In this document: in pieces, positions 25,723 through 38,432 of the stretch
Numbering within the stretch: position 1 is the first letter of the stretch
How the letters are laid out: each line of letters opens with the position of its first letter
Origin: Camelus ferus
Lineage: Eukaryota
Direction: 5' to 3'
DNA: 64,000 bases
Assembly: GCF_009834535.1 (NCBI RefSeq)
Contig: NC_045696.1
Span: forward strand, 115,012,001 to 115,076,000
Notes under the pieces: generated by a model
What the model was told of the DNA's origin: nothing
Seen by the model: only the letters and a program-made list of their open reading frames with translations
The model's database searches: none
Translations under genes and position numbers: made by a program

Positions 25723-25880
25723 CAATGTGTCTTCAGTTTTAACGTATGAGAATCAGGGGACCTTGTTACAGTGCAAATCCTGATTTACGAGTTCCGGAAT
25801 CGGTCCGCGGCGTCTGTAGTTCTAACAAGCTCACAGGTGAGGCTGATGTCGCTAGTCCAGACCGCATTTTAAGGAGCAGA
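25723..25880. mobile_element. MER5-type MITE
   Basis: agaatcaggggaccttgtta...tctaacaagctcacaggtgaggctgatg...gaccgcatttt. Confidence 0.65.
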
Positions 25881-27709
25881 ATCACTCTGTCACAGTCATT
25901 TTTATACTTCTGGAGCCTTTAAAGAGGGCTGGCGTGGAAAGCCGTGTGCCCATTTGAAGTGCTTTCAGTGGCTTGATGCACATGCGATGAGCACACCTGT
26001 AGTATTTCTTACGTCTTTAAAGATTGTTCAATTTATTAGCTTTATCACTGCCAACTTGGCCAAACCAAAGTGGACTGATTTAAGGGTTCAAGGGAGTATG
26101 GGGGAGGGGTTTGCTCTCCTACTTGTTTGTTTTCCTTGAAAGGTCAAGACATCAAGAAGGAGGAAAGATTGTCAACTTGCCTCCCCTCTGCCCATCGTAA
26201 GAGCAAAGGGATAACGTAATGAAACCAGCTAAAGCCTTGTACATTCATGCGTTCCCTGGTGCTGAAGTTTGTAAGCAACTTTCCAAATGAGGACCCTCTG
26301 GTGCCCTTTTAGATGTGCCTCAGAGACAGCTATTTCTGTTGGGTTTTGTGATTCCTAAACTATGTGACTCTTTATTTTTTAAGTGAAGTGCTTCTGTGAG
26401 TTACACCAGCTGTGAGCAAAGTGTCATATTTAGAGAGTGTGTGAAGGACTTGATACTTCAGTTTATAAATTCACCTTAATAGTTTCCTGCCTTTGAAGAA
26501 AAGTTGGTTTAGAGCGGATCCGTGAGTACACAGAAGCGTATACCATTTCAAGATCCCAGCCCTGCTATTCATACTAGGTGTTACAATGACATAACTTTAC
26601 TGGATGCCAAACAGCCATATTAAGAACACAGACAAGAAGCATCTGTAAAAGTAGCTGAGAGCCAGCCTTCTAATCCAGGGATGGGAATAAACAGATCTTG
26701 CACGTCCTCTCTTGAGTACACATTCTGTCTTTCAGACGCCACTGCAGTGTGGCAGAAATAATTCATGAAAACCAACACTTTGGAGTCAAGAGGACTAAAC
26801 TCATTGCCCTGGAAGGATATGACAAACAGGATTTTTTCCCCCATTTATAATTTTCTTGGTCCAATGAGAGGTAAATTATCTAATCATCTGATCCTTGTTA
26901 GTGTCATTTGTGACAAGCAAAATGGTGCCGTCTTTAAGTTGTTTTACAAATTTGAGAGGGGTTTAAGTGATGAGAAATCACAGGGGGACCTATTTTTATT
27001 CTGGTAGTATATCACAGGAGACTACTCTTGGCAGTAAGTCTCGTCCTAACCCTCTGATCTTCAAATCAACAGTTTTTTATACAAAATATTTTTAGGGTGT
27101 GTCTGAATCTAAATAAAAATGGTATTACAAAGGATTCTCTGCATAACACAAGGGAGTTTAAGAAATAACTGTTCTAATATATCATTGCAAATAACTTGCT
27201 GATTTTAGGAACAAAGTGCAATATGAGAGGTTTGGTGTATCATAGCTAAAATATTTACATCTTTTAAAAAGCTAATAGAAGGGTATCCATGACCCAGTAA
27301 TTATGATTCGTGATGTCTATCTAGACAATAATTTGTGTAAATGAGACTATTTAAACATTTCATTACAGGGCTGTTTATACTTGTATAAACATGAAAATCA
27401 CATACATGCCCATCTGTGTGATAGAATACTATACAGCAGTTAAGAAGGAAGTTAACAAGTAAAAAAGGACCCCATGCAAAATTACTATTGAATGATGAAA
27501 GTAAAATATGAATATTTGCACAGTAGGATACACTCATCTGTAAAAATACACAGAATATGATGTATTTTCTATTAACATATTAATGCCCTTTTTCATACTG
27601 ATGGGCTATACCTGAAACTGGCAGTGGCAGTTTCTTATGAGGGTTTGTTCAAATGTCACTTGAATCATATCTAAGTGGGTCCACGAGACTACATCCCATA
27701 GTAATTGAG

Positions 27710-27880
27710 GATTTGAGTCTAGAACCAGATTGCTTGCACTTAAATCGCAGCTCTCCTCTTTACTAGATCTATCAGATTAAGTTACTTAAGCTCCCCTGGT
27801 GCTTCACTTTCCTCAAATATAAGATGGGACTAAAAACGGTACCTCCTTTATAGATTTGCTGAGAAGATGACATCACTTGT
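27710..27880 (+). mobile_element. MIR
   Basis: taaatcgcagctctcctctttactag...aagttacttaagctc...tttcctcaaatataagatggg...acctcc. Confidence 0.6.
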
Positions 27881-29452
27881 CATAGTTCACTGAACCGAAG
27901 ATGTTATCAGCCCTAAGATGCACTATTATGATACATCATCAGCTTCAAAGATGCCCAAATGGGGAAACAGGAGTATCTTAAAATGGAAAAATATACCCAA
28001 AGCATTTATAGGTGGCGCTTTATATATGCTGCTTTTCACTGTATTCTGAATTCTTCACTTATGGCTGTTATAGCTAAAATGAATAAAATATTAATGCATA
28101 AAATAAAGAAAAGGGAGACAGACTTTACTGAGTCCATCTGTGACCTCAAAAGTCGATTTAGTTTAGGAAATCATGAAGCAGGCTACAACCCCCTTCACTG
28201 GATATCCCCACAGCTGGCACAGCAATGCCTCGGCTCTCAAAAATTAGGCGGCATGGGTGGAGTTAATTTCCTTGCGTTCATCCATTGCAAATCCCAATTC
28301 CAACAGCATCTGACACAGCAGCTCATGCATTCCACTGCAGGCCCCTTAAGAAAATCAGCTTTATTAACTAAGTACCAAAAATAGTTTATAATCCAGAGCA
28401 AACAAGAATGGCTACACAGCACAGCTGTGTTTTCCTTGACCCACTTCCGAGGCTCTCCAGAATCAATTATCACTAGCGGTCTATTGTGTCCTAGCGTTAT
28501 AGGGAGAGGTCGGGTTAAATTAATTAGCTTTCAGTAACTACCGAAGTCTGTGTGACACCCCTGTCATCCTTCTAATCTAACAGGTTCTTGGGACTCAGCG
28601 TGCTCCCTAGAATCACAGACTCAGAGAATGGGTCAGATATTGAGGGCGCCTGCCTGCTCCTGAATTGATTTTCTTAGTGGATCAAAATTCTGGTCCACTG
28701 TGTTTTTGCAACTTCAGGCTGCAATAGATCTTTGGGTCCAGTGTCTGCTGAGTTGAGTCTCTGCCTCACAGAGAGTCGAAACAGGGTAGTTATTATAATG
28801 CTTATTCCCATGCAAACAGAACATCCCAGATAACCTTACTTATGGAATCTGAGTGCTTCGGTGGTCCACAGGGTAAGTCTGGCCTCCCTGCTGTAGAGGT
28901 CACAAAGGGCAGGAGAACAAACCAGATTCTGTGGCATGCACATCCCTCCAGGAGTCCACAGTCAGGGTGCTTCCTTGCAAATGCAAATAGATTGTAGAAA
29001 TTAAACTGAGCTTTAATTGTGTTAACAGTTGCTCTCCATCCTTCCTCTGGTTAATGGGCGAAGGCATAACGTAAACAATGATCCTTTGGAAAATTAGCAA
29101 TCCTAAAGAAAGCAATAAGAGAAAGAAAGAACATTTAGACTGAAGCTCAAGCTTAGTAGCCTGCAGCAGGGTGAGATTGTGCAGAATTTTCCTCCCTCAT
29201 TATATGGAATCCTTTTGAAGATTTTGTACTATGACAATAGAAAAAAGGAGTTTCCAGTGATTCCAAAGGGCACACCAAATTACATGAAATATGAGAAAAC
29301 TTTTCCAAACCCCTATGTTATTTTCTACCTGTGAGTCATTGTAGAAAAGCTATTTTGTTCTTCATGTATAACTGGCTGAGTACAAGGCCTGGGATATAGT
29401 AGATGGTCAATAAATGTAATAAGATTTTGTTAATTGAAAGGATAAATGAGTG

Positions 29453-30052
29453 TGTTGCCAGAGATTAGGTTTCAATCTCATTGCAGAAAGAATTCAGAGA
29501 CAAAACATAGAGGTCAAGAAAGTAAAGCGAGGATTTACTAAGCAATAGATAGAACTCTTTCAAGGGGAGAGTGGGCAGACTCAGGTGAGTAGCTGCCTTG
29601 AGTTTCTTTGGCAAGCTGGTTATATGGGGTGTAAAAATGAATGGGTGGAATATTCATTTGGGGAAGGAAGGGTTTGGGGTCATATTTCCTGATTTTCATC
29701 CCAACTCCACCTTCCTGAAGGGAGAAGGGATTATTGTCCTATTTCGTCTTTATCGGAAGAGTCATGGCATTGGTGCATGATCGGTACTTCTAATCTACAA
29801 AGCCAATTTTATTGAAATGAGAGCATAATAAGCAAAAGGTTGCATTTAGACAAAGGATATTCCTGCCTTTTCCTACCTTTCTTTGTCTGCCTTTGGGACA
29901 CTGTTACTCTCAATTGTATGATATCAGTCAGAGGTTCTTGCTTTTCTTTTTCTACCCAAGGATCCCCATTGTTTACAAGATGTATGGTTTCCTGCCATTT
30001 GACCTGTAGCTCCCTTTCTCTGTTCACATCTAAATATCTGCCTGCTCTGAAA
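29453..30052 (-). mobile_element. solo LTR, MER41-related ERV1 family (copy C), inserted in an L2 tail
   Basis: tgttgccag...ctgcctgctctgaaa; flanks AGTG/AATG; closely colinear with copy A; flanking DNA reads as an L2 3' end (ggcctgggatatagtagatggtcaataaat...gaatgaatg). Confidence 0.85.
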
Positions 30053-30465
30053 AATGAATGAGAAGAGTAATTCTTAGTAAAAAGAATAAATACATATTTT
30101 ACTCTTTAATTTTCTTGAAGACATATGCTTGATTAATGTGTATTGATAGATGAAATTTATTTAGGCAGCTAGTGGCTCTTCAGGGTTCCAAGGTAAATTA
30201 TTTTGTCTCTCTCATTTCATCCAGGCAGAAAGGGACAATCACTGTGCAGTTTCTCTAGAAATATGTAATAGAACAGAGAGGAAGGAGCAGATTTGGAATA
30301 AAAACTTCTTACCACTCACAAGATATGTGTTTCGGCAAATCACATACATTTTCTGCCCCTAAGTTTTTTGCTTTTTTCCCATTTATAAGATGAAAATGGT
30401 ATTCTTGATATCTCAGCATAAATTGAATGCTATATTATGTGTGAAAATGTTTGAAAGACCATAAA

Positions 30466-30706
30466 GCAACAGTTCTCAAACCATCTATGATGAAGGATTT
30501 GATTTTTTTTCTTAGTTTTTAATTTTAATCCATTGAGAATGGATACTTTTAAGTCTTCGAATTTCCATATCACAGGAATGTTAAAGGGATGTCAAGATTT
30601 TAAGTTCTTTCTTTAGGTTTCAGTTCTTGTCTTGTTGTAGAGCAGTAGGAAACTATTAGCTAGCTGGCTTGGGTCTCCAAGGGTTTACTTTTTGAGTAGT
30701 AATGCT
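30466..30706. mobile_element. hAT-Charlie-type MITE remnant
   Basis: ttctcaaaccatctatgatgaagga...ctttttgagtagtaatg termini. Confidence 0.45.
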
Positions 30707-30732
30707 ATTAGTGTCTATACAAATAGGACTTG

Positions 30733-30857
30733 GATGATGGTGGTGGTGGTGATGATGGTGGTGGTGATGATGGTGATGATGATGATGATGATGGTGGTGA
30801 TCGTGATGGTGATGATGGTGGTGGTGATGATGGTGATGATGGTGATGATGATGATGA
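30733..30857. repeat. compound (GAT/GGT)n trinucleotide microsatellite
   Basis: Directly visible. Confidence 0.95.
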
Positions 30858-31509
30858 CCACATGATGATACAATTATGATGACACTGCTGCTGATACAGT
30901 GGGCCCATCATTGGGTTTCAAAGGCTAGACCAGATCTGAGCTGGTTGAGGGGGGCGCAAGAGGATGGTACAGGTATGAGGAAGCCTGAGAAAGGATGAGG
31001 TTAGAATCACATGGTGGCATGAAGACCATTTCACAGTGGAGAAGATCAAATGCCTTCAGAAAGTAAGATTGGAGAGTGATATCTTGAAGGATATGGGGGT
31101 TTTAACAGGTGAGTGACAGGCTTAAAGTGGTACTTAGAGATGCTATATTTGACAACTTCAGAAGGGATACCTCGAAGCAGGAATACTAATTAATATTTAA
31201 GAGATGAGGTGAAAAGAGTCTAAACTGGAGTGACTGAAGTGGGATCCAGAAGGGATGATCTAAAAGGATGCAAAACATACAGTGAAGAAAGATGGCACCT
31301 GAGATCTGTTGGGAGGATGAGGATGGGAAAATGAAAGGTTACTGAAACCATGAAAACATAGTCATAAGTAGAAATACATGGATCAGTATGATATATGTGA
31401 GAAAAAGCAAAGAGTTGAGATGATACCATGGCTCTGCCACTTGCTAGCTGTATGCCTTTGGATCATTCAACTGTAGGAGATTAGTTTATCAGTAAACTAA
31501 CTTAAAAAA

Positions 31510-31726
31510 TGTGTATCTCTATCTTTAGGATTTTTTTAAAGGAAATTCCATAGTGTTCTCCATAAGCAATCCCACTCCTGGGCATGTATCCAGAGAAAAC
31601 TCTAATTCAAAAAGATACACACATCCTAATGTGCATAGCAGCACTATTTACAATAGTTGAGACATGGGAAGCAACCTAAATGTCCATCAACAGATAAGTG
31701 GATAAATAAGTTGTGATATGTATGTG

Positions 31727-31760
<34 letters not shown>

Positions 31761-32232
31761 TTATATCTCATACATATACTACGGAATACTACTCAGCCAT
31801 AAAAAAGGAATGAAATAATGCCAGTTGCAGCATCATGGATGGACCTAGAGATTGTCATACTAAGTGAAGTAAGTCAGGCATACAAATATCATATGATATC
31901 ACTTATATGTGGAATCCAAAACAAAATGATACAAATGAACTTATTTACAAACCAGAAATAGACTCACAGACATAGAAAAGAAACTTATGATTACCAAAGG
32001 GGAAAGGGCGGGGAGGGATAAAGTAGGAGTTTGGGATTATACACAGTACCTTATATAAAGTAGGTATAAACAACAAGGACCTACTGTATAGCATATTCAA
32101 TATCTTTAATAACCTATAATGGAAAAGAATCTGAAAAATAATATATATATGCTTAGGTACAACTGAATCACTGCTGTATACTTGAAACAAACACAACATT
32201 GTAAATGAACTATACTTCAATTAAAAAAAAAG
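31510..32232 (+). mobile_element. L1 3' end with short 5' inversion, inserted in a MIR; contains (TA)n(CA)n
   Basis: 31565-32232 is sense ORF2 tail, 3'UTR and polyA; 31510-31564 is the antisense copy of the immediately upstream ORF2 sequence. Confidence 0.9.
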
Positions 32233-32539
32233 AAATACAAGAATATACACCAACAAAACAACGAAACAGAACATACACCTCATGGGCTCACTGCGATTTT
32301 GAGTGCTGCAACACATGTAAATTGCTTAATCACACATGTGTTTCATGAACACATATATGCACATATTTCTGTGTCCAGAAACCACAGCATTATCTTTTGA
32401 TCATCTAGCTGTCTACCTAAACATACGTGCTTTTTTCATTCCAAAATATATTTGAAGTTATCAAGAGCCATTTGATACAAATACAGATAAACTTAAAAAG
32501 AGGGAATGAGAATAAATTGTGTGATGCCCTAGGTATATT

Positions 32540-33000
32540 TCAAAAGTGTTACTTTTCACCTCCGTCTGCCCAACACAAGAGTAGATTTTTCTCCAATCTT
32601 CGTTTTGAAGAACCTGATGAAATTCTTAGAGGGAAAACTCATGAGAGTATGGGAACTCCCTCTTAAAACTCAGCCTTCAAAACTCTTTAACTTTCTAACT
32701 CATCCACTCTCAGCCTCCAGCAAGTCATCAAAATTGCCATGTAAACATTCTTGTCAGTTGCTGGCTTCAGGGGCTTCCCCTTCAGGTAAGCTGACCTCAG
32801 GTGTGATTCTCTGTGTTTACCTGTCTCTCTAGATTTGAGGGTGGCAGTTTGTCCTGTAATTTCAGTTCTGAAGTGGATCTAAGGAGAGTCATTGAATTTC
32901 AGTTTGCTCAGCTATTTTTTTTTTCATGTCGTCAGGTTCGCAATGATTACCTGTTGGGGCTGATGCCAGATGTCAGTCTTTTAAGTTCTTTCTACATGTA
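32540..33000 (-). mobile_element. old L1M (MC/MD-like) 5' region fragment
   Basis: gggtggcagtttgtcctgtaatttcagttctgaagtggatctaaggagagtcattgaatttcagtttgctcagct resembles the recalled L1M 5' end. Confidence 0.55.
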
Positions 33001-33364
33001 GTTGAATTGTAACTCTTGATGTGAAGATTTGGGTATAATTACTCATCCATTAATAATGTTTAAGCTTCCATATTTCTTTTTAAAAATTTCTCAATATTGT
33101 ATATTAACCAAATCATTATACACATTATGGAAAAGGGATTTTAGTTAGTTTATTAATACTGTCTGCCATTTCGTTAGCACGTCCAATGACGACAACCAGC
33201 ATTTCATCAAATTAGAAGAGTTCATTTGAAACAACCTGAACTTAAATGGAACCTCCATCATGTGAATGAAATTTATTTGGGAAGCCCTTTGGACTGTTCA
33301 ATGAGAAAATACTATATACCTTCAAAGAAATACGCAGTCAACCTCCAGATAGACACACATCCTC

Positions 33365-33535
33365 TAGCTGTTTCTCAAAGTGTATTCTACAGAACAGAAG
33401 CGGCAGTACCACTTGTGAACTTGCTAGAAATACAGACCTACCTGTTAAATCAGAATTTCTAGAGGTGTGGTCCAAGAGTCTGGGTGTTTTTTTGTAGGTG
33501 TTCCAGGTGATTCTATAGTCTGAAACCAGTAAGAC
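33365..33535. mobile_element. MER5-type MITE
   Basis: ctgtttctcaaagtgt...cttgctagaaatacaga...acctgttaaatcagaa...ccaggtgattct. Confidence 0.65.
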
Positions 33536-33737
33536 TACATTGAACACAAGGCTTGCGAGACACATGATTCTCTACAAAATAAGATACCACAGAAAAAGAG
33601 ATCATTGATTGTAAATATGAACCCCACATTGCAAGTTTTAAAGTCAGACATCAGGTTTATAATAGTGCTACTTTTCACAAGAAGCACACATATGTACACT
33701 TTGTAGTTTTGTTTTTTTTAGCCATGCCAGCAGGAAG

Positions 33738-33797
33738 AATTGATTTATTTAATGGTAAATTGATTTACTCAATGGTAAATTGATTTATTTACTGGGA
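33738..33797 (+). repeat. 3 x 20-bp tandem repeat (AATTGATTTATTTAATGGTA)
   Basis: Units start at 33738, 33758 and 33778; directly visible. Confidence 0.95.
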
Positions 33798-36449
33798 TAG
33801 AAAGGCAGACAGCATAGCTTGAATCCAGTCTTACTGTGACCATGATGAAACCACAGATAGAGTTTGCCCTTTACTTGAAGGCTAACATTTAAATAAAAAG
33901 AAATCTCAGGGAGGAATTACTCTGTCTCTTTATATTCTGCTCTGCATGCATAGACATTGTAATTTATAGCTGATGAGAAGGGTCAAAGTGCTTAGCCATG
34001 CTTGTTAAAAATTGTGACCTTGGTCAAGAAGAATATAAACTTCCATTGCGGGGGAGGGGGGTAATAATTTCTAAAATATTTATCACTCCACCACTGAAAT
34101 GTTCTTTAAATTTGTAGCTGTAGATTATTTAGTGGATGTTTTTGGATTGACTGTTCAAATTTAAAACTGGGAATGTGTATTCTGTACATTTGAGAGATTT
34201 TGTTTTAATTTCACAACAGTATATAGAAGCACAGTGTCTTTGTTTTATCATCTTTACTCACAAACCTTCTCCTATCAGTTTTGAGCTTATCTGTTTTCAT
34301 CTAAGTTAAAGAGACATTTTCCCTAATGCTAAGTTGCCATCCTTTTTTTAAGAAACCTACAACTACTTTATTAAACTGCTTTTAAAACTGCTCTGACAGG
34401 AGATTTATTTAAATAATATCTTAGATTGGTTCTAAGCTTAATTTTCTGTTTTATGGTATAAGAATCTAATCTGCACTCAAAATTAACAAATTTCACTACA
34501 ATGCATAAAATATTTATTTTTCTTCCTATAGAACATTAAAAGATAAGAATATTATACAATCGTTTTCACTTAAGAGTGCATCTGAACTGCATCAATAAGA
34601 ATGTGTAATACTTCTTAAGCCTGTATTTAGCTTGTCAATTATTCATTTTTAATCCCTCAGAATACAGTTTAATGGTGCTTATTCAATTTAGTGGATTTTG
34701 CTGACCTTCAAACCTGACAACATCAGGGTTGCCCTCTGAATGTAATCTATATTCCCACCTTAGGAAAGACATCTTTGTGGGAGGTGGGGATGTCACCTGT
34801 TGAAGAGATAATTGACTTGGTTAGTGGTAGATTCTATGGGCATTATACTTAATAACAATAACTATAATAAGAATAATAAACATAAGTTGATGACTATGTG
34901 TTAGGGAAGCTGGCAATAGAATGTGTGCATCCTGCTTCTGAAGAAGGTTTTGAGTCTCATCCTGGTGTTATAGAATGTTACACCATTTGACACTGCACCT
35001 CTGCTCTGTCAAAATACACCCACCCATTAGCACTGGGATGATAGTCTTCAAGCGAGACAATAATCTCTTTCTGTTGGCTTAATCTACGTGCTAATGAGCA
35101 CATAATGTTATTTCTGGGTCCCTCAAAGCATTATTATGCAGCCCACAACTTTTGCAGGAGGGAAAACAGGCACTTTAAATTAAAAAATAATAATAAACTC
35201 CAATTGAAACAGAGATAAAGTGAATCTTGTTTTTTTCGTAATTCTTGCGAGCTGTTGTTGTGGCATTTTAATGTTTCATGCTTTAGGCAATCTGCAGAAT
35301 GTGAGAGAGCCTAAAATTTCACCTCTGAAAATAAAGTTTTGTTCAGGAAGGCATAATTTGCTTCAAGCGCCCATGAAACAGATGGATAACATGTACACAG
35401 TGAAATCAGAATGCAGTTAAAGAAAATATTATTGTAATTAAGGACACTATTCAGGTAAATTATACCATTTTCTACCAACCTGTTTAGATGCTGAGAAAAT
35501 AATTTTACTTGCCATTAGATTTACATGTGTGAAATAATGTGCCTTACTTCACTGTGATATCTTAAATATACATTTTAGATTAATGCCAGTATATTTAGAA
35601 TTAACTTAAATGGCAAAGAAAAAAAATGTCTAATACGGTTAACAAGTAATTCCTGAAAATGGCATCATGGCTCATGTAAAAGGATTGGGAAGAAGAAGAA
35701 AAATGAGGATGAGAAAGAGAAACAAGAAAAAAATATATTGTTAATATACCAAGATAACAAAAATATACTGAAGGCCACTTTTTGTTAATGTGGATGATAA
35801 ATTAGTGTCGATGCAATGGATTTCTAATTGTTGTTATTGTTCCATTCCTGTTCGTGGTTTGTTTCTGCTGTACTGAGGTCTATGTGCTTTAGAGCAGCTA
35901 TATACCAAATTGTCTTATGTCTCAGTAATAATCAAATAATCACTTACTGAAGACTTCACCATTCTTCATCTCTTCACAGTTACCACAAAAGCCTTCACCA
36001 TATGCATCCTACAACTCTTCCATGAAAGTCCTAAGATATCTGTGTTGACTGTTTATTTGACATTGTTTATTTTAGTTAATACAATGTGAAGACTTGAAGG
36101 TCTTTGACCCTGTTGATTGCTGGGTGACAATACATCTCTCTGACCTAGAACTCTTTTTTATTGTAAACCAGGATATCCACATGATAATAAATTATGACAT
36201 GGCTTCCTGTGTAAAGACAAACTTTTTAGCCCCGTAGATTGGTCCTTCCATAGGGTGTGAGTCTTCATGGGCTAATTACCTTTTGCAGTTTTCTTCCTTA
36301 TGTTTGATTCCCTTGACTAGCTATGTCATATAGGGTAGAGGGTACTTTTGAAACTAGGCCCTTGGAATATCTTTCAGTTGTTTGAAGAGTGCACTCATGT
36401 ATTCATGCTTTTCCGACTTAATATCTTAACTAAAGAAGCAGAAAGTCTA

Positions 36450-36552
36450 ATCATTTTTGTTATTATTATTTTTCCAGTAGCCTAGCAAAATTCTGGGCAA
36501 GGTAGACATTTAGTAGGTGAACATATTGAATTGAATTGAATTGAATTGAATT
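36450..36552 (+). mobile_element. L2 3' end with (GAATT)n tail
   Basis: ccagtagcctagcaaaattctgggcaaggtagacatttagta...(ttgaa)n. Confidence 0.55.
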
Positions 36553-37173
36553 CTAGTGAAACTGATCTCTAGCATCTCTAAAATACTTAGCCTCCACCTC
36601 TCTTAAGTCAACTTGCAGTAATTTATGAACATTGCATCTCCCTACACAAACTCTAAGTGCTCTGGGAAGAATCATGCTATATTTACCTGAATCCCACAAT
36701 GGTACCCAGCATTGTACCTTGAACATAATAGGCATTTAATTACTGTTAGATGAATTAATCTGCATACATGAAAGATGAGCATCTTACTGCTTATTTAACA
36801 ATAATATACATACACTCATATAAACGTTTAACTGCTGTGTAATAACTCTCCCATCTGTCCAGTAGCTGGAACCAAGAATTGTGCCATAAAGTTCCAGCTT
36901 ATAAGAACATTACAATAGTGGGCTTAACAATAGTATGAGGACGTCTGTCTTTGAGCAGATAACCAGGAAGAAATGTGTAGGAAGAAGTTCCTTATTATGG
37001 ATAATTCATGCCAAGAAGTTGCCTCTTTTGGTTCTAGTCAGATGATAATCAGAGTTAGGGAGGGGAAAGTTGCAGTAAATGTGTGAAGGAGAAATAATAC
37101 TCTGGCTGGAGTGGCTATGCCCTCACTTTCTGCTATTATTTCTAAACCTATAAATTTACAGAATTATTCTGAA

Positions 37174-37395
37174 CAGGGGTCTACCAGTTATGCCCCATGG
37201 GCCAGATCTCATCAGCTGCCCATTTTATAAATAAAGTTTATTGGTGCCCAGCCACACTCACTTCTTTATCAGTTGTCGGTGTTTGCTTTCATTTTGGCAA
37301 CAGAGTTGAAAATCTGCAACAGAGACTGCATGACTTGAAATCTCAAAAGTTTAAAATTCTCTCTGGCTCTATAGAAAAAAAATGACCAACTGCTT
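37174..37395. mobile_element. MER58A-type MITE
   Basis: caggggtct...gggccagatct...aataaagtttattgg...cagccacactca...gcaacagagac...ctctatagaaaaa. Confidence 0.75.
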
Positions 37396-37637
37396 ATCAT
37401 GAGAATCAAGTGAAATAATGTATGTTCATTCCTTAACACTGAGTCTAGCACATAGTAAATCTTCAAGAATCATTTATATGTAAATATATATAAATTATAT
37501 ATATATATACCATATATATATACAATATGTGTATCTATATTAGAAGCTTAGAACATATATGTAAGACCAGAAGTTTAGGAACTATTTCCTACTGCTCACT
37601 GCCGTCCAGTTTTGTGCTAGATTAAGCTTATTGTTTA

Positions 37638-37833
37638 AGGCTATGTTGTCCAATATGGTGGCCACTAGCCACATGTGGCTGCTTTAAATTTAAATTTAAA
37701 TTAATTAAACAAAATTTAAAGTTCAGTGCACTAGCTAAACTTTAAAGCCACATGTGGCTAGTGATTACTGTATTGAACAGAGCAGATACAGAAAAGTTCT
37801 ATTGACTCAGAAAGTTCTACTGGCCAGCTCTGT
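37638..37833. mobile_element. MER3/MER33-type MITE
   Basis: tgtccaatatggtggccactagccacatgtggct...agccacatgtggctagtg...agaaagttctactggccagctctg. Confidence 0.8.
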
Positions 37834-37879
37834 TCTAAGCTCTCAGAACTGTCTAATAACAGCATCTCTGAAGCATGAT

Positions 37880-38048
37880 GCTTGGTCTCAACTTTGGCTG
37901 CACCCTGGAATCACCTGGAGATCCAGCGAGACCTGAGTCCTACCCCCAGACATTCTGACTGAGTTGGCACAGGCTACAGCCTAGGTGTCGGGACTTTTAA
38001 TAGCTCCCCAGTTGTTTCTAATAAGCAGCCAAGTTTTAGAACCACTGA
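37880..38048. mobile_element. MER5-type MITE
   Basis: ttggctgcaccctggaatcacctggaga...ccccagacattctga...agctccccag...cagccaagttttagaaccactg. Confidence 0.75.
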
Positions 38049-38267
38049 TGTAGAATTCCTAGCCCTACCTCATACCTAAAGATGTGAGGTCCAGAATTCA
38101 TATATTTTTAAAAATACACAGATGATTCTAATAATTGATTTAAAGAATACGATAATAAAAGCATAGTGCCAAATTCTATAAATCTTTGCTACAATGGGGA
38201 AAAATAAGAATCAAAAAGGGAGCATCTAGCTACTGTGTGCTCCAAATAAAAATGAGGTATTCTCGAG

Positions 38268-38432
38268 CAGTGGATCTCAAAGTGTGGTTGCCAGGACCAG
38301 CAGCAGTGCTTCAGCTGTGGGATGTGTTAGAAATGTAGCATCTTGGGTTCCATGTCAGGCCACCTGAATCAAAAACATTCAACAAGCCTCCTTGCAGTGG
38401 AGTGTGATGCCAGCTCCAGTTAGAGAACCAGA
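38268..38432. mobile_element. MER5A-type MITE
   Basis: cagtggatctcaaagtgtggtt...ggaccagcagca...tgttagaaatg...agttagagaacca. Confidence 0.75.

Noticed and set aside
27959..28384. Longest ORF (141 aa)
   Set aside because: No recognisable family, AT-rich non-coding composition, and a length compatible with chance in 64 kb.
13531..30052. Full provirus between same-orientation LTR copies B and C
   Set aside because: The copies are diverged and have separate flanks, and the 15 kb between them is host DNA with older repeats and no PBS, gag or pol.
30708..30911. Ser/Pro-rich ORF
   Set aside because: Translation of the GAT/GGT microsatellite.
33738..33797. CRISPR-like array
   Set aside because: Head-to-tail units without spacers, eukaryotic context and no cas genes.
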